Assembly (NCBI RefSeq): GCF_041956535.1
Contig: NW_027192200.1
Span: forward strand, 267,477 to 331,476
From: Calcarisporiella thermophila CBS 279.70
Lineage: Eukaryota > Fungi > Calcarisporiellomycota
DNA length: 64,000 nt
Direction: 5' to 3'
Below, piece by piece: positions 50,448 to 64,000 of this stretch. Each line of letters opens with the position of its first letter. Within the stretch, counting starts at the first letter, position 1. The position numbers and the translations under genes are program-made. The notes under the pieces are model-generated. The model made no database searches, was not told the origin of the DNA, and was given only the letters and a program-made list of their open reading frames with translations.

Positions 50448-52740
50448 ATGTCTAAATATGCTGCAAAGGGTGCTTTGCGCACAGTGTATGTCTTCATGCG
50501 TTGGATTTCATTATTTCATCTAGCATCCATGACTTTTAGTTTATGGATGATTATCTCAAGTTTGTGAGTCTAATTTGGTTCATTAATTTAGGAAGAACTA
50601 TACAAAAGGATATTCGAATATCCAGTCCAAAGTGCGCGAGGCAACCTCAAATGATCCATGGGGGCCATCCGGCACATTGATGAATGAGATCGCACAGGCA
50701 ACTTATCACAAGTACGTTTAGCAGATTTGTTCTTTTTCGGGAGAGGGGGGACTCTAATTATCATTTATTTTTTTCAGACACTTGTTCATGGAGGTGATGG
50801 AGATAATAGATAAACGCCTTAACGATAAGGGTAGATTTATTTCCAATTTTCCTTCGAATGTTCTATACAGAATATCAATTGTTGAATTTACCGACTTAAT
50901 CCAAACTTTCCATTCTTAGGTAAAAACTGGAGGCACGTATTCAAAGCCTTGATGTTGCTCGATTACTGTCTACACGTTGGTTCGGAATCGGTGATTGCGT
51001 ATGCTCGCGAAAATTTGTACGTTATTAAGACACTAAAGGAATTTCAGTATTTGGACGAGCGAGGCAAGGATGTTGGCGCTAATAGTAACTATCGCACATG
51101 ACTGCCATTAAATTCCCGATATTTATTCCTCTTTTTCTCCGCCTACGTTAGTCCGCCAAAAAGCAAAAGAAATAACCAACCTTCTTCAGGACGAATCTCG
51201 TCTCCAGGAAGAACGCCGTGCGCGTATCGGTATGCATGACCGGCTTGCCAGCGGGACTGACATACAATGGGGCGAGGATGCTGGTAATAGCCGTAGTACA
51301 CCACTATACGAGCGGCCAGGTTATTTGGACGATGACCGCGAGCTCCAACGGGCAATAGAAGAGAGTAAGCGGATGGCCCAGGAGCACGAAAACCAGATAA
51401 TGGAAAGGTAAATATGATCTCTTGAACTGCAAACACTCTGGCTCTAATTTTGCTAACGATGCTAAACAGCGAGCAGCAGCTCAAGCAAGCATTGGAGGAG
51501 AGTGAACGCGAAGCTAAAGAACAAGAGCTATTACGCTTGAGACAGCAACAGCAGGAGCAACAACGACTCCATTTAGATTTGCTTGGACAGTCCACCAATT
51601 TTGCACACCAGCCGCAGCAGCAACAACCCCAGCAGCTGGGCTTTGACTTCTTCGATCCACTATCTTCAACCAATACCAGCACGCAGCCAAGCGGTTTTGG
51701 TGCAGGTAATTTTGTGGGTGGAAATTTCCAGCAGCCTTTTGCCCAGCAACAGCAACCGATTTCGCCTTTCTCTCAGCAAAACATTTTCCCTACCTCACCC
51801 GCTATGCCCCCCCTTCAGCCCATCACCTCAGCATCCAATAATCCCTTCGGGAATGTCAGCAGTTCTAGTGGATTTCCTGGTGCTGCTTCCACGATGTATG
51901 GCAATTTGGCGGCAAATGGAAGCAGTTCTCTTAATACCCAGTCTATGAATAGCTCTATTGGTTTGTCCGGAATTCCTTCTCCTTCTAGGTCCCCTCTGCC
52001 TCAATCACTCTCGCTGCAGCAGCAGCAGCAGGAGATTGCAAAGGAAGATGATAAGTACGCAAAGCTTTCAGCGTTGCTAGGGAGCAGAGGAGATGGGGTA
52101 GATACGTTCGGAAATGTTGGAAATTTGCGCGTTCCTTAGTATGTTTAACCTGTACACAAGTATTGATACCCTATGCACATGCTAATTATTATATTACAGC
52201 GGATCCGGGTTCAGCTCTAGTGTGCCTTACTATCCGGATAATTCCCAAACGGCATCCAATCCGTTTGGCGGAGCCAACTCCGGCAACACAGCTCCAACAG
52301 CCAATGTTGATCTATTGGGATCAAACGGCGCTTTCGGTGGAGGACTCCAGAACCCGCAGCAGCCTTTTGGAGCCTCGCAGGTATGAATGCTATACCTTTC
52401 ACGTTTTTAGCTACTTGAAGACTAAAGCTTCCATATTGCACACTAGGTGTATTCCCCAGCCATGTCTCCTGTGAGCCCCACTCTCTCCTCTTCTTCTGCG
52501 TTCGGCAACAGTCAGCTCTTCTCCCAACAACAGGCCAACCGCAATCCATTCCAGACTGCACCCGCTCAAACGCAGGTGTCCAATAACCCATGGGCCTCGG
52601 GTTCTGCAAATGGCGGCGGAAAGAGCCTGAATGATTTGTATTTGGAGCAGCAGAGGCAAAAGCAGCAAGGTCAGTTCGGGGGACAACAAATGACGGGACA
52701 GCAGACTTTCACTGGGCAGTCACCGGCGTGGTTTTCGTGA
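50448..52740 (+). CDS. Epsin (ENTH domain, two UIMs, NPF motifs)
   Basis: KNYTKGYS..KVREATSNDPWGP, KNWRHVFKAL, UIMs ELQRAIEESKR and QLKQALEESER, several NPF/NPW, DGVDTFGNVGNLRVP. Confidence 0.93.
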
Positions 52741-53191
52741 ATTTGGGAGAGTGGATGCTTTGTAATTGCTACCTTTATTTATTTATTCATCCTCTACCCC
52801 ACTTATTCTATCTATAGTATGAATTTTATCTATTATATTTTCTGTAGAGAAGTATTCCTTATATGACGTACAATATATCGCCTATTTATTACCACACTCT
52901 TATTTATTTTTCTTTTATTCATTTTTTTCAAGTGGGAATCCTTCCAGAAATTTCAGCTGGCAATGTGTAGTGCTAGGGAAATTTAAAGCTAGAATCTCCC
53001 AAGCTGATTAAAAACCCAATACTAATCACCGATTTGCAATTATTCCAGCTCGATCTAAACAGTCCTCAAAAATTAAAGTTAAATGGAGACAAACGCCGAA
53101 GATTTTCAACTACGCCAGCTTCATTTATTTAATATCCTTTTGCCACACGCAGGCTCTCGTTTTCATCTCCCCCATTAGTGAGAGGCAAGCC

Positions 53192-54135
53192 ATGGACAAG
53201 TACATTGCAAAAAAACTCATCCGGCACAATGCAGATAAGCTGTGAGCGATATGCCTAATGCTAGCTCATTAGTAGCTTCAATTAATTTTTTTCTTTTGCT
53301 GATACAATAGAGGATGGCTCGCACCTCCTGAGCTCAAGTACTCACAGCCTCCCCCTGAACCCAAATTCTCTCTGTTCCGCCGAAACCGGCCCGCCGAGAA
53401 TCAGCCGCCAAGCCTTCCAGCAAGGGATGCGAAAATCCTCAAGAGAGTTAAACGGCGAGCTAATCTGCTTGATGCAGGACTCCAGATTTGCTGTTGCCGC
53501 ATTGGGATCGATCCCATTATTGGGATGATTCCTGTGGTGGGAGACTTTATTGCTCTGCTTCTGGCATGGGACATGATCCGAATGGCAAAGCAGGCAGATT
53601 TGCCGGATAGAATTGTAATGCAGATGTATACCAACGTAGCTGTAGACTTTGTCATTGGACTTGTGCCCGCTCTGGGGGACCTCTTCGACTTTTTGTTTAA
53701 AGCCAATTTAAGAAACAGCGTAGTGCTTGAAAATTACTTGTAGGTTATCTTCTGTGGCATATCGTCTATCGATTCTGTCCATTTTCTTCATTTTCCACCC
53801 CCATATAGCTTCGCCTGTGCATCACTAAGTCTATTTTACTTAAACTTCTAATTCTCCTTTGTTTTACCAGATGGGAACGGACACTCGGCCTCGATAAACA
53901 GTCCAAGAGCAAGAACAAGGGGAAAGAGGGCGGGGCAATTGATATGACTGAGGTACCCAAGGATGGCCCCAGCACCTCGAATGCTCCAGGTTCGTCCACT
54001 GCAGAGACTGGGCCCACTTCCTCCGCACATGCGCCAAACACCGGTGCGCCGGTAGCCGCCTCCACCAATAACGAAGTATTGCCTCCGCCTGCGTCTTCGA
54101 AACCTGCAAGTAAAAAGTGGTGGCAAAATGCATAG
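53192..54135 (+). CDS. DUF4112-family membrane protein (3 exons)
   Basis: KILKRVKRRANLLD..RIGIDPIIGMIPVVGD..NVAVDFVIGLVPALGDLFDFLFKANLRN. Confidence 0.85.
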
Positions 54136-54486
54136 CCGACTTTCTCTATGGCCCACGCCTTTCATATATTCTCTTGGCTCTAATTTCCTCTATACTAGTT
54201 TGAAACAACTCATCTCTTTTGATTCTGCGAGTGTATCTATATGTTTGTCTTTCGTCATGTTGTTCCATAAGATATTTCCGTTATTAATCTGAATAGAAGA
54301 TTTTCCATATTTCCCATGATCTATTCAAAATAAAAATATATAATATAATAATACTTTTAAAAAACATATATTTTCCCTCACAAAAAGCAAACAAAAGAAA
54401 GTAAGAAGTAATGTGAAAAAGCTCGTACTTTTTAACCAGAAAAAAAAAAAAAAAACAACGGGAAAATCCTTGCTGGCTTTCCGAAT

Positions 54487-57426
54487 TTATTCATCTTCAG
54501 CTTCTTCCTGCTCTTCCTCTTCCTCAATCTCCTCCACGGGTTCCTCTGCCGCTTCTTTAGGCAATTCCTCCTCTACTTGATCTTCAACGACTTCCTCCTC
54601 ATGGTGTCCATCCACTCCGTTCGATCCGAGCTCTACAAACTGCTCCGGGTGTGACACAGGGTCTGCCAAAGATTCTGCGATCTTCTCCTTTCCTTCCTTC
54701 ATCAACGCTTCCCTCCACAACTTAACTTCTTCTGTTACGCGCTCTGGCTTGTATGTTCGTGCAAGTATCGCGGCCTCGGGCAGTCGCTCGGTTTCGTTCA
54801 GCAGATCAATACAACTATCCACCCGACCCAGAGCCCAAAGACACGCAAATCTGATGTTATTCTTGCCATCGGCAGCTAAGAAAAAAAGAAAATAGATAAA
54901 TATATGCACCATAGACTAACTCTATTATGTCAATGTAAAGAACATTTACCTGCCATGTTGGCAACTTCCTCCAAACCGCGTGCATTACCAGTAGCACTAT
55001 GCAACAACATCAATCCACCCAAATCTTTTGCCCGCGTCATGCATTCTTCCGCAAGGGTGAATTTCCATGCGGCCAGGGCACAATCGGCGACTGCTCGCCA
55101 CTTCACTTCTTGGTTAGCTTCGCGTGCAATTGCAATCGCATCCTCAAGGCGGTTCAATTGTAAAGCCAGCTCAAACTTGTGCTCAATGTCAGTCGATACC
55201 TCCAGCGCAAGCTCCTTGAGGTCTTGGCTCTCGAGGAAACGGGCAATGCGATTGCGCTGATCTGACGGTACCGATGGGAGTAGCCGCTCTGCAGTTTCAA
55301 AGTCACCACGAAGAATTGCGGTTTGATACTCGACCACAGTTAAGGACAGAGCATAGCTGTATATGTTGATGTCTTTATCCGCGAGGTATATCCGGTTGTC
55401 ACGGGGGATGTAGGCCAAGAGATACATTGGCGAGTCGAAGTGGCTGATGGTGTAGGTTTGACCTCCAACCAGGTAGTTCATTCGGTTCGAACCAGTCGTG
55501 TAAATGAAGCAATCGCCCACCCAGGTACCCGTTCGCACACTATCGGATATTTCGGTCACAAATTCCAAAGCTTCCTCCACGCCTTCTTCGCCCACCTCAC
55601 CGCCACTCTCAACGAACTGCATATAGGCCTGGCGATTGTACCGCAAAACGTAGAAAGTGTCCTCGCAAGCAATCACCACAAGGTCACCCTCGTCCGACCA
55701 GTAGACATTATTCGACGCAACATCAACCCGACGTACGCATAATCCCGAATCCCAGTCGTAGAAGGAGAGGAAGCTCCCACCCCGAATACCTAGCAGAGCG
55801 CCACCGTAGATACCTTCAGCCGCGTAACCAAGCCGTCCCAAGAGGGGCTTTTCTTTGAAGTTTTTATAAACCTTTACTGAGCTTGTTGATTCTCGAACCG
55901 CATATACGTTTGAGTCGGATGCCCACACAAAATCAAGCCCTGCGCCGAAGCTCTTGTTACGCCATGCAAGCGCGGTGTAAATAATATATTCCCCATCACC
56001 GCAAACGACCACGAAACGTCCGTTAGGGCTATGCTTCAGTGTTTGTGGGTACACTTCACAACTTCCCAGACCCTTGATCGGTAGTGTTAGACGCTCTCCA
56101 TCTTTAATATTTTCCATAGCGTCGATTCCCGCTTTGACATTGGCGGTTTGCACCTCACTGTGCTTGGCCCAAATAATTTTGCCACCGCTGTCCATAGAAA
56201 CAGCAGGCTCTTCCCGCCCTAGTTTAACACACACTGTGCCCTCATCGAAACCGAATGCGACGTCATTCGACCCTTTCAAATACGCGACAGCCCATGCTCT
56301 CTCAAGGCCGTAGTTAAGAGTGTTTTCGAGGCGGTATGTGTTGGCATGCCATAGACGTACACTTCCATCCTCACTACCCGAAATAATTAATGGCAACTCT
56401 GGGTGGAAGCATGCAAATGTTACATTTTGCGTGTGACCTTCTAGGGTTTGCACACAGGATTTATTCTGGTAGTCCCAAATTTTAACGAGTCTAAATAGTT
56501 GAAGTGTTAGTTTTTTTTTTTTGAAAAAATCCAAAAATAGAGTATTAATAGGGGAAAAAAGGAACTTACTTATCATCGGCGCCGGAAACAAGGTAGGGCT
56601 TATCTCCCCCATGATAGTAATCCGCGTAGTTTACTCCCTTATCGTGGCCTTCGAGAGTAAAGTTTGGAATGGGGGATCCAAGAGACCACACTTTGATTGT
56701 TTTATCCAAACACGCAGAAACGAAAGTATTGGTGTCCTTGGGATTGAATGCAAGGGACATAACATAGTGAGTATGACCTTCGAATACTTGCATGCACTTC
56801 CATCCCTTTTCCCAATCCCACAGACGAATAGTCATATCATCTGAGCCAGAAAGAACAAGGGGTTGCGTCGGATGCACAGCAAGACATCGGATGTAATCTG
56901 GATGTGCTTCAAAACTTGTGACTTTTTCATGGGTATTATAGTTGAATACACGGATCTGCATATCATCTGATCCGACAATGAACCAATTCTTGCGTGCGAT
57001 GAACCTGCCGGCACGAACTAATTATCGACGTTTTGAAATATTTTGTCATGCTTAAACGTAAGGTATTATAAAAAAGAAAGTGCAAGCGAATTTACCTGGT
57101 ACATCTGCCACCTCAAATGTCTTCACGAGATTCTGGGTAAACGATGATGAAAAATATCGAGATTAGATTAAAAATTACACTCTTACAACTAAATCCTATT
57201 AACTACCTGGGTTTCATGATTCCAAATGTGAACTTTTCCGTCGTATAAACTAACCAAGAGCCATGGCTCGGTTGGATGAAAGTCTATGCATTTCACACGA
57301 TCAGATCGCGAATAAAGCTTTCTCTGTATTTAGCATAAAAATGATGAGCACCATGAAAGAAAATTCAGCGAAAAATTTCAGATGAATGCGTTAATAAAGA
57401 AAATTCACCTTGATGTCCAGCCTCAT
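54487..57426 (-). CDS. SEC27: Coatomer beta-prime subunit
   Basis: [29 protein letters not shown]40 repeats, [22 protein letters not shown], acidic C-terminal tail. Confidence 0.97.
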
Positions 57427-57678
57427 CTTTTTTCAATGAAGAATAATTTGCCCAAATGAGAGTAGAGCAAAGTCTGCGATAGACGTCGTGTCTGAATAAA
57501 ATCGAGAGAAAAAATCGCGTTCGGGGTTAAGCGATGGTGGGATATTTGCAGATTTTGTGAGGTCATTGTTTGTTTATTCGAGATATGAATGGGGATAGCT
57601 ATTCATGATTCTAAAGGATTGGTATCGAATTTTATATTAGAGTAGATTTCTCACTAGTAAAAAAAGTATGAGACAGTG

Positions 57679-59208
57679 ATGCGTGGTCTTATTCAAAAGT
57701 TACGGCACCATGTTAACCGCCTGGATCACTATACACGCCCTGTTTCTAGTTTGAAAGATACACCGCTCGCATTAAACCGAGCGGTTCGGCCCATCCACGA
57801 GGAATATGGCAGAGTCGTTGCCAATCTTCAATCGAAGCCTTTTCTTACTTTGAACACTTACAACCGCATGCTTGAATACCATGGCCTTGCAAATCGGTTA
57901 ACTCCAAGAGAATTCCCAATGGAAAAGGCAGAGCGGATATTGGTTGCGATGCAAGCGCAAGGTGTGCAACCCGATTACCATACCTATCTGCATCTGATGC
58001 GTGGCTATGCCCGCACAAGGGAATTTGACAGCCCGCGCGAAAACAAACGTCTCGATAAGGCGTTGGCCGTTTTTTACCGTATGCAATCATCGGGCGTGCC
58101 ATTAGTCGATCAGCGTCCTTTCCAGGCCCTCTTCGAGGCATGTCTTCCGCACACAATTACCTTTAATTCAGATTACTTTTTAATAAATCGTAAGCGTCGG
58201 CACAACCTCCAGCAGCCACCTTGGGTCGATCCGCGAATATTCGATATCGAGCGCATTATGATTGAGGCTGGAATCCCTCATGATCGTGTCACACTTAAGA
58301 CTTTTCTTACGTGTTTGGGGCTATCCGGGTTGTACGTGTCAATGTGGAGCAGATGGCGGGGATTGTACTATGCAGGCATTCGCCGGGATGAAGGATTATA
58401 CCAGCGAGTATTAGCATTGGCATCATTGGACCCTGAAGCATCACAATATGCGCTCTCGGTTGTGCTTAACTCTATGCGAAGAGAAAGCCCGCCTGTCCAA
58501 ATGAGTGTATTACTGTATGAAACTCTTCTTGACTGTGCTAATACCGCTCAAGATGAAAATCATGCGCGCTCCATTGCAAAAGAGATTAGGGAGAACTCAG
58601 AATTTGCTAAGAATGATCGACTACAATCCGCAATTGCCGAGACATTCCTCTCCATACATGGATTGGAGAGCGAAGGGCTTGCGCTATGTGATCAGTTACT
58701 TAATGCGGGCTGTATTTCGACGATTCGAAGTAGCTTGTGGGTAGCATTCGCCGATTTCTTCGCTCGCAAAGAGCCAGCCCTTGTTGAGGACATATTTCAG
58801 CGGTTCGTTCTGTGGCGAAATAAATCTCTTGCAGAGAAGCAGAAGAAAACTAGAGAAACGAGTGTCACTCTGCCTAATTCAACGAGCCAATTCCCAACTG
58901 GACCTTATGTCGCTGTGGATCTTGAGATGATTCATCTGTATCTCCGAAGGTTACTTGACAGCCAAAATCTCGGTCTTGCGACGGAGGCTTTGAAAGCTTT
59001 TGCGGATCAGTTCTCTCCAGAGCAGAGCATTTATCTACGACGACAAATGCTACAGGATTATGTGGAAATGGCAAGGCGACAAGAGCGAAAAGAGGATGCA
59101 TTGTGGGCGTTGAACCACCTGGGCGATCGCGTTCTCGGGTCTAATAGTAAATACCGACATTGGACTAGGTTTACAAAGTGGAAACTGGGTGAAGCAGCTT
59201 CCTGGTAA
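57679..59208 (+). CDS. Pentatricopeptide-repeat (PPR)-like protein, probably mitochondrial; intronless
   Basis: PPR-like units TYNRMLEYHG..AERILVAMQAQGVQPDYHTYLHLMRGYA, ALAVFYRMQSSGV, IMIEAGIPHDRVT. Confidence 0.72.
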   Translation: MRGLIQKLRHHVNRLDHYTRPVSSLKDTPLALNRAVRPIHEEYGRVVANLQSKPFLTLNTYNRMLEYHGLANRLTPREFPMEKAERILVAMQAQGVQPDYHTYLHLMRGYARTREFDSPRENKRLDKALAVFYRMQSSGVPLVDQRPFQALFEACLPHTITFNSDYFLINRKRRHNLQQPPWVDPRIFDIERIMIEAGIPHDRVTLKTFLTCLGLSGLYVSMWSRWRGLYYAGIRRDEGLYQRVLALASLDPEASQYALSVVLNSMRRESPPVQMSVLLYETLLDCANTAQDENHARSIAKEIRENSEFAKNDRLQSAIAETFLSIHGLESEGLALCDQLLNAGCISTIRSSLWVAFADFFARKEPALVEDIFQRFVLWRNKSLAEKQKKTRETSVTLPNSTSQFPTGPYVAVDLEMIHLYLRRLLDSQNLGLATEALKAFADQFSPEQSIYLRRQMLQDYVEMARRQERKEDALWALNHLGDRVLGSNSKYRHWTRFTKWKLGEAASW

Positions 59209-59435
59209 TTTTTTTTATATAAATTTATTAGAATTTCTTTTCCCTTTGTATCACAACCCCTCTTGCTCCTATTTTCTCTGCATTATTCTCTATTTTATAA
59301 AAATAGCACTTTTTGTATGCTGATAGATATTTACAATTTTTTTCTTGTCTTCCTCCCCTGAAAAATATAATCGCCATTTACGTGAGAGACATCTATAATC
59401 AACTCTTTCAAAAGTGAAGATTTTATTGCCGCATT

Positions 59436-61290
59436 TCACGCAATTATATCATATTTCCGAACACAACCATCATATTTATCTCTCCCAGCCAAATACACTA
59501 CTCGACGACGATCATAGGAATGCACACGGACCCCCATTACGGGATCCATATCAAACCCAGTAAACTCTTGTACTGAACGTAGATTGCTCGCATCTAGCAA
59601 TGACGAGGTGCGAAAAGCTGATCCACCTCCTATTATTTTAAAGTTAGCTACTTACTCAGTCCTAAACTTTAGGAGAGACAAATTACCTTCAGCAACCAAA
59701 AGACTTGGGAACCCATCTTCATCCATAAAGTGAATATCATATATTGGGAATTCACTCCGCTGGAACGTGAGTAGCGCACTATTTAAATTGCGAACATCAT
59801 AAACGGTGATAATGCCTTCGGCGGAACCAGTTGCTATGAGATTGAGTTCTGAAGCATAGCTACATGAGATAAGGGGAACAGAAAGTTGACTTGCATTTAA
59901 GTTGAAGATCTATTTAATAAATAGAGAAGCTATATGTTATTTTTTAAGTTCACCAAAGCTATTGCTTTAGAATCCAAACCTCATCCTTTGACGCTAAATC
60001 AATGCCTCTCAGTGACCCATCATCTAACGCCGCGACAACTAACTTATCCTGTGTTTCAACTTCTCTTGTATCTACAGAAAGTAATTACATGTTATAAAAA
60101 TTTATCCCATGAAGAGAACATAGTATAATGTTAAATCACCAAGATTATAATTGTCTTGAGAAGCTGAACCTTCCATTCGGATTCCAAGGGCAATCTTATT
60201 TACTGGACAACTATAATTTCCCATTGTCCTAATGGTATCGGCAGATGCGCACTCCCAAAGTCTTATTGTACCGTCTCTAGAAGATGCTGAATATAGAAAG
60301 AAATTATATGAGGCGTTAAATGATGACAGTTGGGATTTGAACCTTTGTAAATTTACATAGCACATTCCGTCCTCTTACAATAATGGCTGTATCAAGCACT
60401 CCCATTTTGTGACCTTTTAGCGTGACCGGGCAAGAGCCATCCAAAACTGACCAAATCTTGAGTTGGAAATCGGTGGCCCCGCTTAAGATTACTTATCCGT
60501 TTATAGTGTGAATATAATAGCTTAGCCTGAATATCATGTAAGAGAAATACCTTGTCCTGAAGGGAAGAAACGACAGGTGGTTATATCCCCGACATGTCCT
60601 CTGAGCTCTCGCTTTATCAAATCAATACTTGAATTTTGGATTCTAGAGCTGAATTAAACTATTATTTTACCCGTATATCCCCGGTACTTGTGTCTCCAAT
60701 CTTCAAGTTTCCATTGTCCCCGCCAACAACAAAGAGTTCTCCTCCTGGAGAAATATCCAAACTTGTATACTATACAAGAAAATTAGCAGTGTTGTATAAT
60801 AGTAATAAAGCCGTGGATATAGATATAAAACTTACAGGATTTTTTTCATTCTTAAATGAAGCGGCGGGAGCACTGATAGTTACGTTCTCGATTTCAAAAG
60901 AAGGGCAGGAGATTCTAAATGATTTCTAGGGCAATACTACACATTTAGTTATTATTGAGATATGTTATTACAATTGTACTAACATCGTGAATCCGTTGGA
61001 CTTGTATGCTATTTTCACCCTCCATCTCGACATAAATAGGCTCAGATTGATTTTTATATACCTGTACTGATCCATGTACAGAGGGAGTACCTATATCAAA
61101 CCGAAATAAATCAGATCGGGGAAAATTTGCAATAGGCTCAAAAAACTTAACCTTTCCTGTAGCAGGAAACCCAAAACGAATCAGTTCTTGTTTTGCCGGA
61201 AGCTACATCATCCACTACACTCTCCCAATCAGATTGAACGGATACGTAAGGAAGCAGACTAACCGAAGCTGACGACATTTGTACTGGCAT
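59436..61290 (-). CDS. PAAF1: Proteasomal ATPase-associated factor 1 / Rpn14 (WD40; about 10 exons)
   Basis: VSVQSDW, SFWVSCY, LRGHVGDITTCRFFPSGQVILSG, SSRDGTIRLWEC, AGRDKYDGCVRKY. Confidence 0.85.
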
Positions 61291-61487
61291 GTTGAATTTA
61301 ATATGGGAGATATTTCAACCCAATGCCACGTATCATTATAACGATAATTTTTAATCTGCGAAAGAGGCGCAGGTACCAAATTTCACCCTGAATCGTGGAG
61401 TAAGTTGAATTGAGGATCAAAGCTTGAAAAGACTTAAAGCTAATCGCGGTTCAGGATTCTAAATAACTCATTAACGAATCGCGTTGC

Positions 61488-64000
61488 ATGGCATATCTCT
61501 TTAAAACTCTCTCTCTTGTTGGACTAGGCTCCAGCATTCCCGCATTTCCATATAATATTGGGGATAAAGTAGAGTGGTATGAAGGCGAATCGATTTGGAC
61601 ATTATATCATGGTACGAAGAGAGTAAGTTTATACATCTGCCATCATTACTTCTGCATTTTTATAATGGATTCACATTTTATCATATTTACAATATTTAAA
61701 TTGTTGACATCTCTATATAGGAAGATGGATCACCGTGCTCTATCTTTGGATTTGACTGCATTCGACAGCGCGACAAAATTCCGTTAGCCAAAAATGCATT
61801 CAAGAAAATGCGCACGATGCGGCACCCTGATCTCTTGAAGTATATTGATGGAGTAGAAGTAAGCTAGAATTTAAACCATGCCCATCTATTTTTTATCATT
61901 GATTTACCATCATAATTTGTGTAGACAGAAAATTATATATATATCGTCACAGATCCGGTAGAACCTTTGCAAGACCAGCTGAAGCAAAATCCAGATTCAA
62001 GTCTTAAACTTTGGGGATTGTATAAAATATCGGTAATAACTCTTCTGATAATGGGGTTCTATGCAAATATTTATTTGAACATCCATAGAATGCATTAAAA
62101 TTCCTGAACAAGGATTGCGGAGTATGTCATGGTAACATCAGAATATCCTCTATCTTCACCAACAAGGCTGGAGAATGGAAGTTAGGAGGATTTGAGCTAA
62201 TGAGTTCTATGCAAGAAGAAAGCCCAGTCATTCTGGTATTTCCATTTGATATACCGTATTCTACGAGAATATTTTTTTATATTCCTATTTTTTTAGACAT
62301 ACGGTGGGCTTGTTCCAGAATCGGCAAGATATGCCGCACCAGAAATTGCAAAAGGCGGATGGTCAGGGATTAAAGAGTATATATTATTTACTCTATATAT
62401 TTTAACTGGTTTGATTCACGAATCAACTTATTAAACTAGTCACAATATTTCTGCTTATGATGCATGGCAATTCGCATGCCTTATCTATGAAGTATACAAT
62501 GGCGTCTTCAGTTCACAGGATCAACTTCGCGCGGTTGGCTCTATTCCTAGTGTACGTAATTCCACCCCGAGCCATCCTAGCTACTTCTGCTAATCTTATA
62601 TTTTTTAGAAAATGCATGGTGAATACAAAGCACTTTTAAACCCGAGCCCACGTACCCGCCCTGATGTTACGCGCTTCATTGACTTTGGCTTGCGGCAAAA
62701 TGGCTATTTTCAAGACAATCTGATACAAGTAAATCTCTTTTTGGAGAATCTTGCTATGAAAGACACAAAGGAAAAGGAAGCATTTTACAAGTAAATATCT
62801 GAAATCTGGTGAAATGTATTGTACCAGTTTGCTAACTTTGTTTAACTGCAGGAAATTAGATGGGATAATTGACAAACTGCCGTCTGAAATTTGTAAATAT
62901 AAGATTCTCAACGAACTTATCAATGCTTTCGAATACGGCTCAGGTAACATAAACATTCTATTTTTTTTCATCTGGTACGATAAGAGTATAGCTATTTATT
63001 TAACATAGGTGGGGCTAAAGTTTTAGGACCAATTATGAAGATTGGTGCATCTCTGTCAGATGAGGAATACGAAAAAACAATTGTGAATTCAATAGTCAAA
63101 ATGTTTGCATCTCCTGATCGCGCAATTCGCCTTGGCTTGCTTGAGAACCTTGCTTCGTTTGTGGACCACCTGAGCAATAAAACTGTGAATGATAAGATTT
63201 ATTCCCACGTGGTAAGTAGATATTTCATCCCCACACCAAAGGGCCAAAATCAATGACTGACATGTATTCTTGCATAGGCAACTGGATTTTCGGATACTGT
63301 GCCTCTTATTCGAGAGTGGACTGTGAAGAGCATTTTGTTATTAGCGCCAAAGGTAATTAAGCGGAAATGAATAGACGCTTAATGCTAATTAACCTTATGG
63401 TGATTTTACTTTAATACAGTTAAGTGATAAAAACATCAACTACGACTTACTTCGTCACATGGGTAAATTACAAATGGATGAGGAACCCGGAATTAGAACA
63501 AATACCACTATATGCTTGGGAAAAATTAGCAAATATATGAATGATTCGGTATGTATTTGGTCAGAAAATTCTTGATCTCTGAATCAGATTTTGATTTTTT
63601 GATCGATTTAGACGAAGAAAAAGGTGCTAATTCCTGGATTCACGAGAGGGCTGCGAGACCCATTCCCACATGCACGAGTTGCAAGTTTAATGGCCTTAAG
63701 TGGTAAGTAATTTTCCGTCATATCATTTTTCGTTGCACCTGCCCATTACTAAATCTATACTCTATAATAGCTACTTGTGAATATTATGATGCCGCCGACA
63801 TATCAAGTAAAATCATCCCTTGTATCTCGCTAGCCCTAGTTGACAAAGAAAAGTAAGATAATTTGTTTGGAGTTACTGTTTTTTATCATGGTTTATATTA
63901 AATTGAGCTTCTAAATAGAATTGTGCGGAACCAGGCATTCAAAGCAATTGATATTTTTATTAAGCGTGCTGAGAAACTGGCCGAATCTATGGTAATTTGA
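61488..64000 (+). CDS. SCYL1: SCYL1/Cex1-like pseudokinase with HEAT repeats (runs off the window)
   Basis: AKNAFKKMRTMRHPDLLKY, HGNIRISSIFTNKAGEWKLGGFE, FASPDRAIR, EEPGIRTNTTICLGKI, LRDPFPHARVA; at least 14 short introns. Confidence 0.92.

Noticed and set aside
50448-64000. Functional trafficking cluster (epsin, SEC27, SCYL1; also Tctex-1 with DCTN3)
   Set aside because: These are common housekeeping classes interleaved with unrelated genes; co-location is plausible by chance without synteny data.

Overview
Gene-dense, intron-rich eukaryotic DNA from an early-diverging fungus, probably Mucoromycota-like. This placement is inferred from short GT-AG introns, fungal markers (velvet, chorismate synthase, SH3-RasGEF) and genes absent or unrecognisable in budding yeast (Tctex-1, A-type cyclin, MyTH4-RhoGAP, YEATS2). 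I reconstructed 28 protein genes by splicing by eye, several of them missed by the ORF track (Tctex-1, GRX5, most of Rab8 and PAAF1), plus one tRNA-Lys(UUU). No transposon, virus, CRISPR array or secondary-metabolite cluster is evident. Main leads: (1) a full-length YEATS2-like protein, a subunit of the animal ATAC complex, that also carries a fungal Ahc1-type zinc finger, possibly linking the yeast ADA and animal ATAC acetyltransferase complexes; (2) a shared promoter design on both ribosomal-protein genes, with a Homol-D-like GTGACTG box, a pyrimidine tract and a long 5'UTR intron rich in sense-strand TGGAT; (3) an OSR1/SPAK-type kinase with four RFx[VI] docking motifs in its own tail; (4) a GC-AG intron in PRP31. 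All homology calls rest on recalled family motifs, not database searches.
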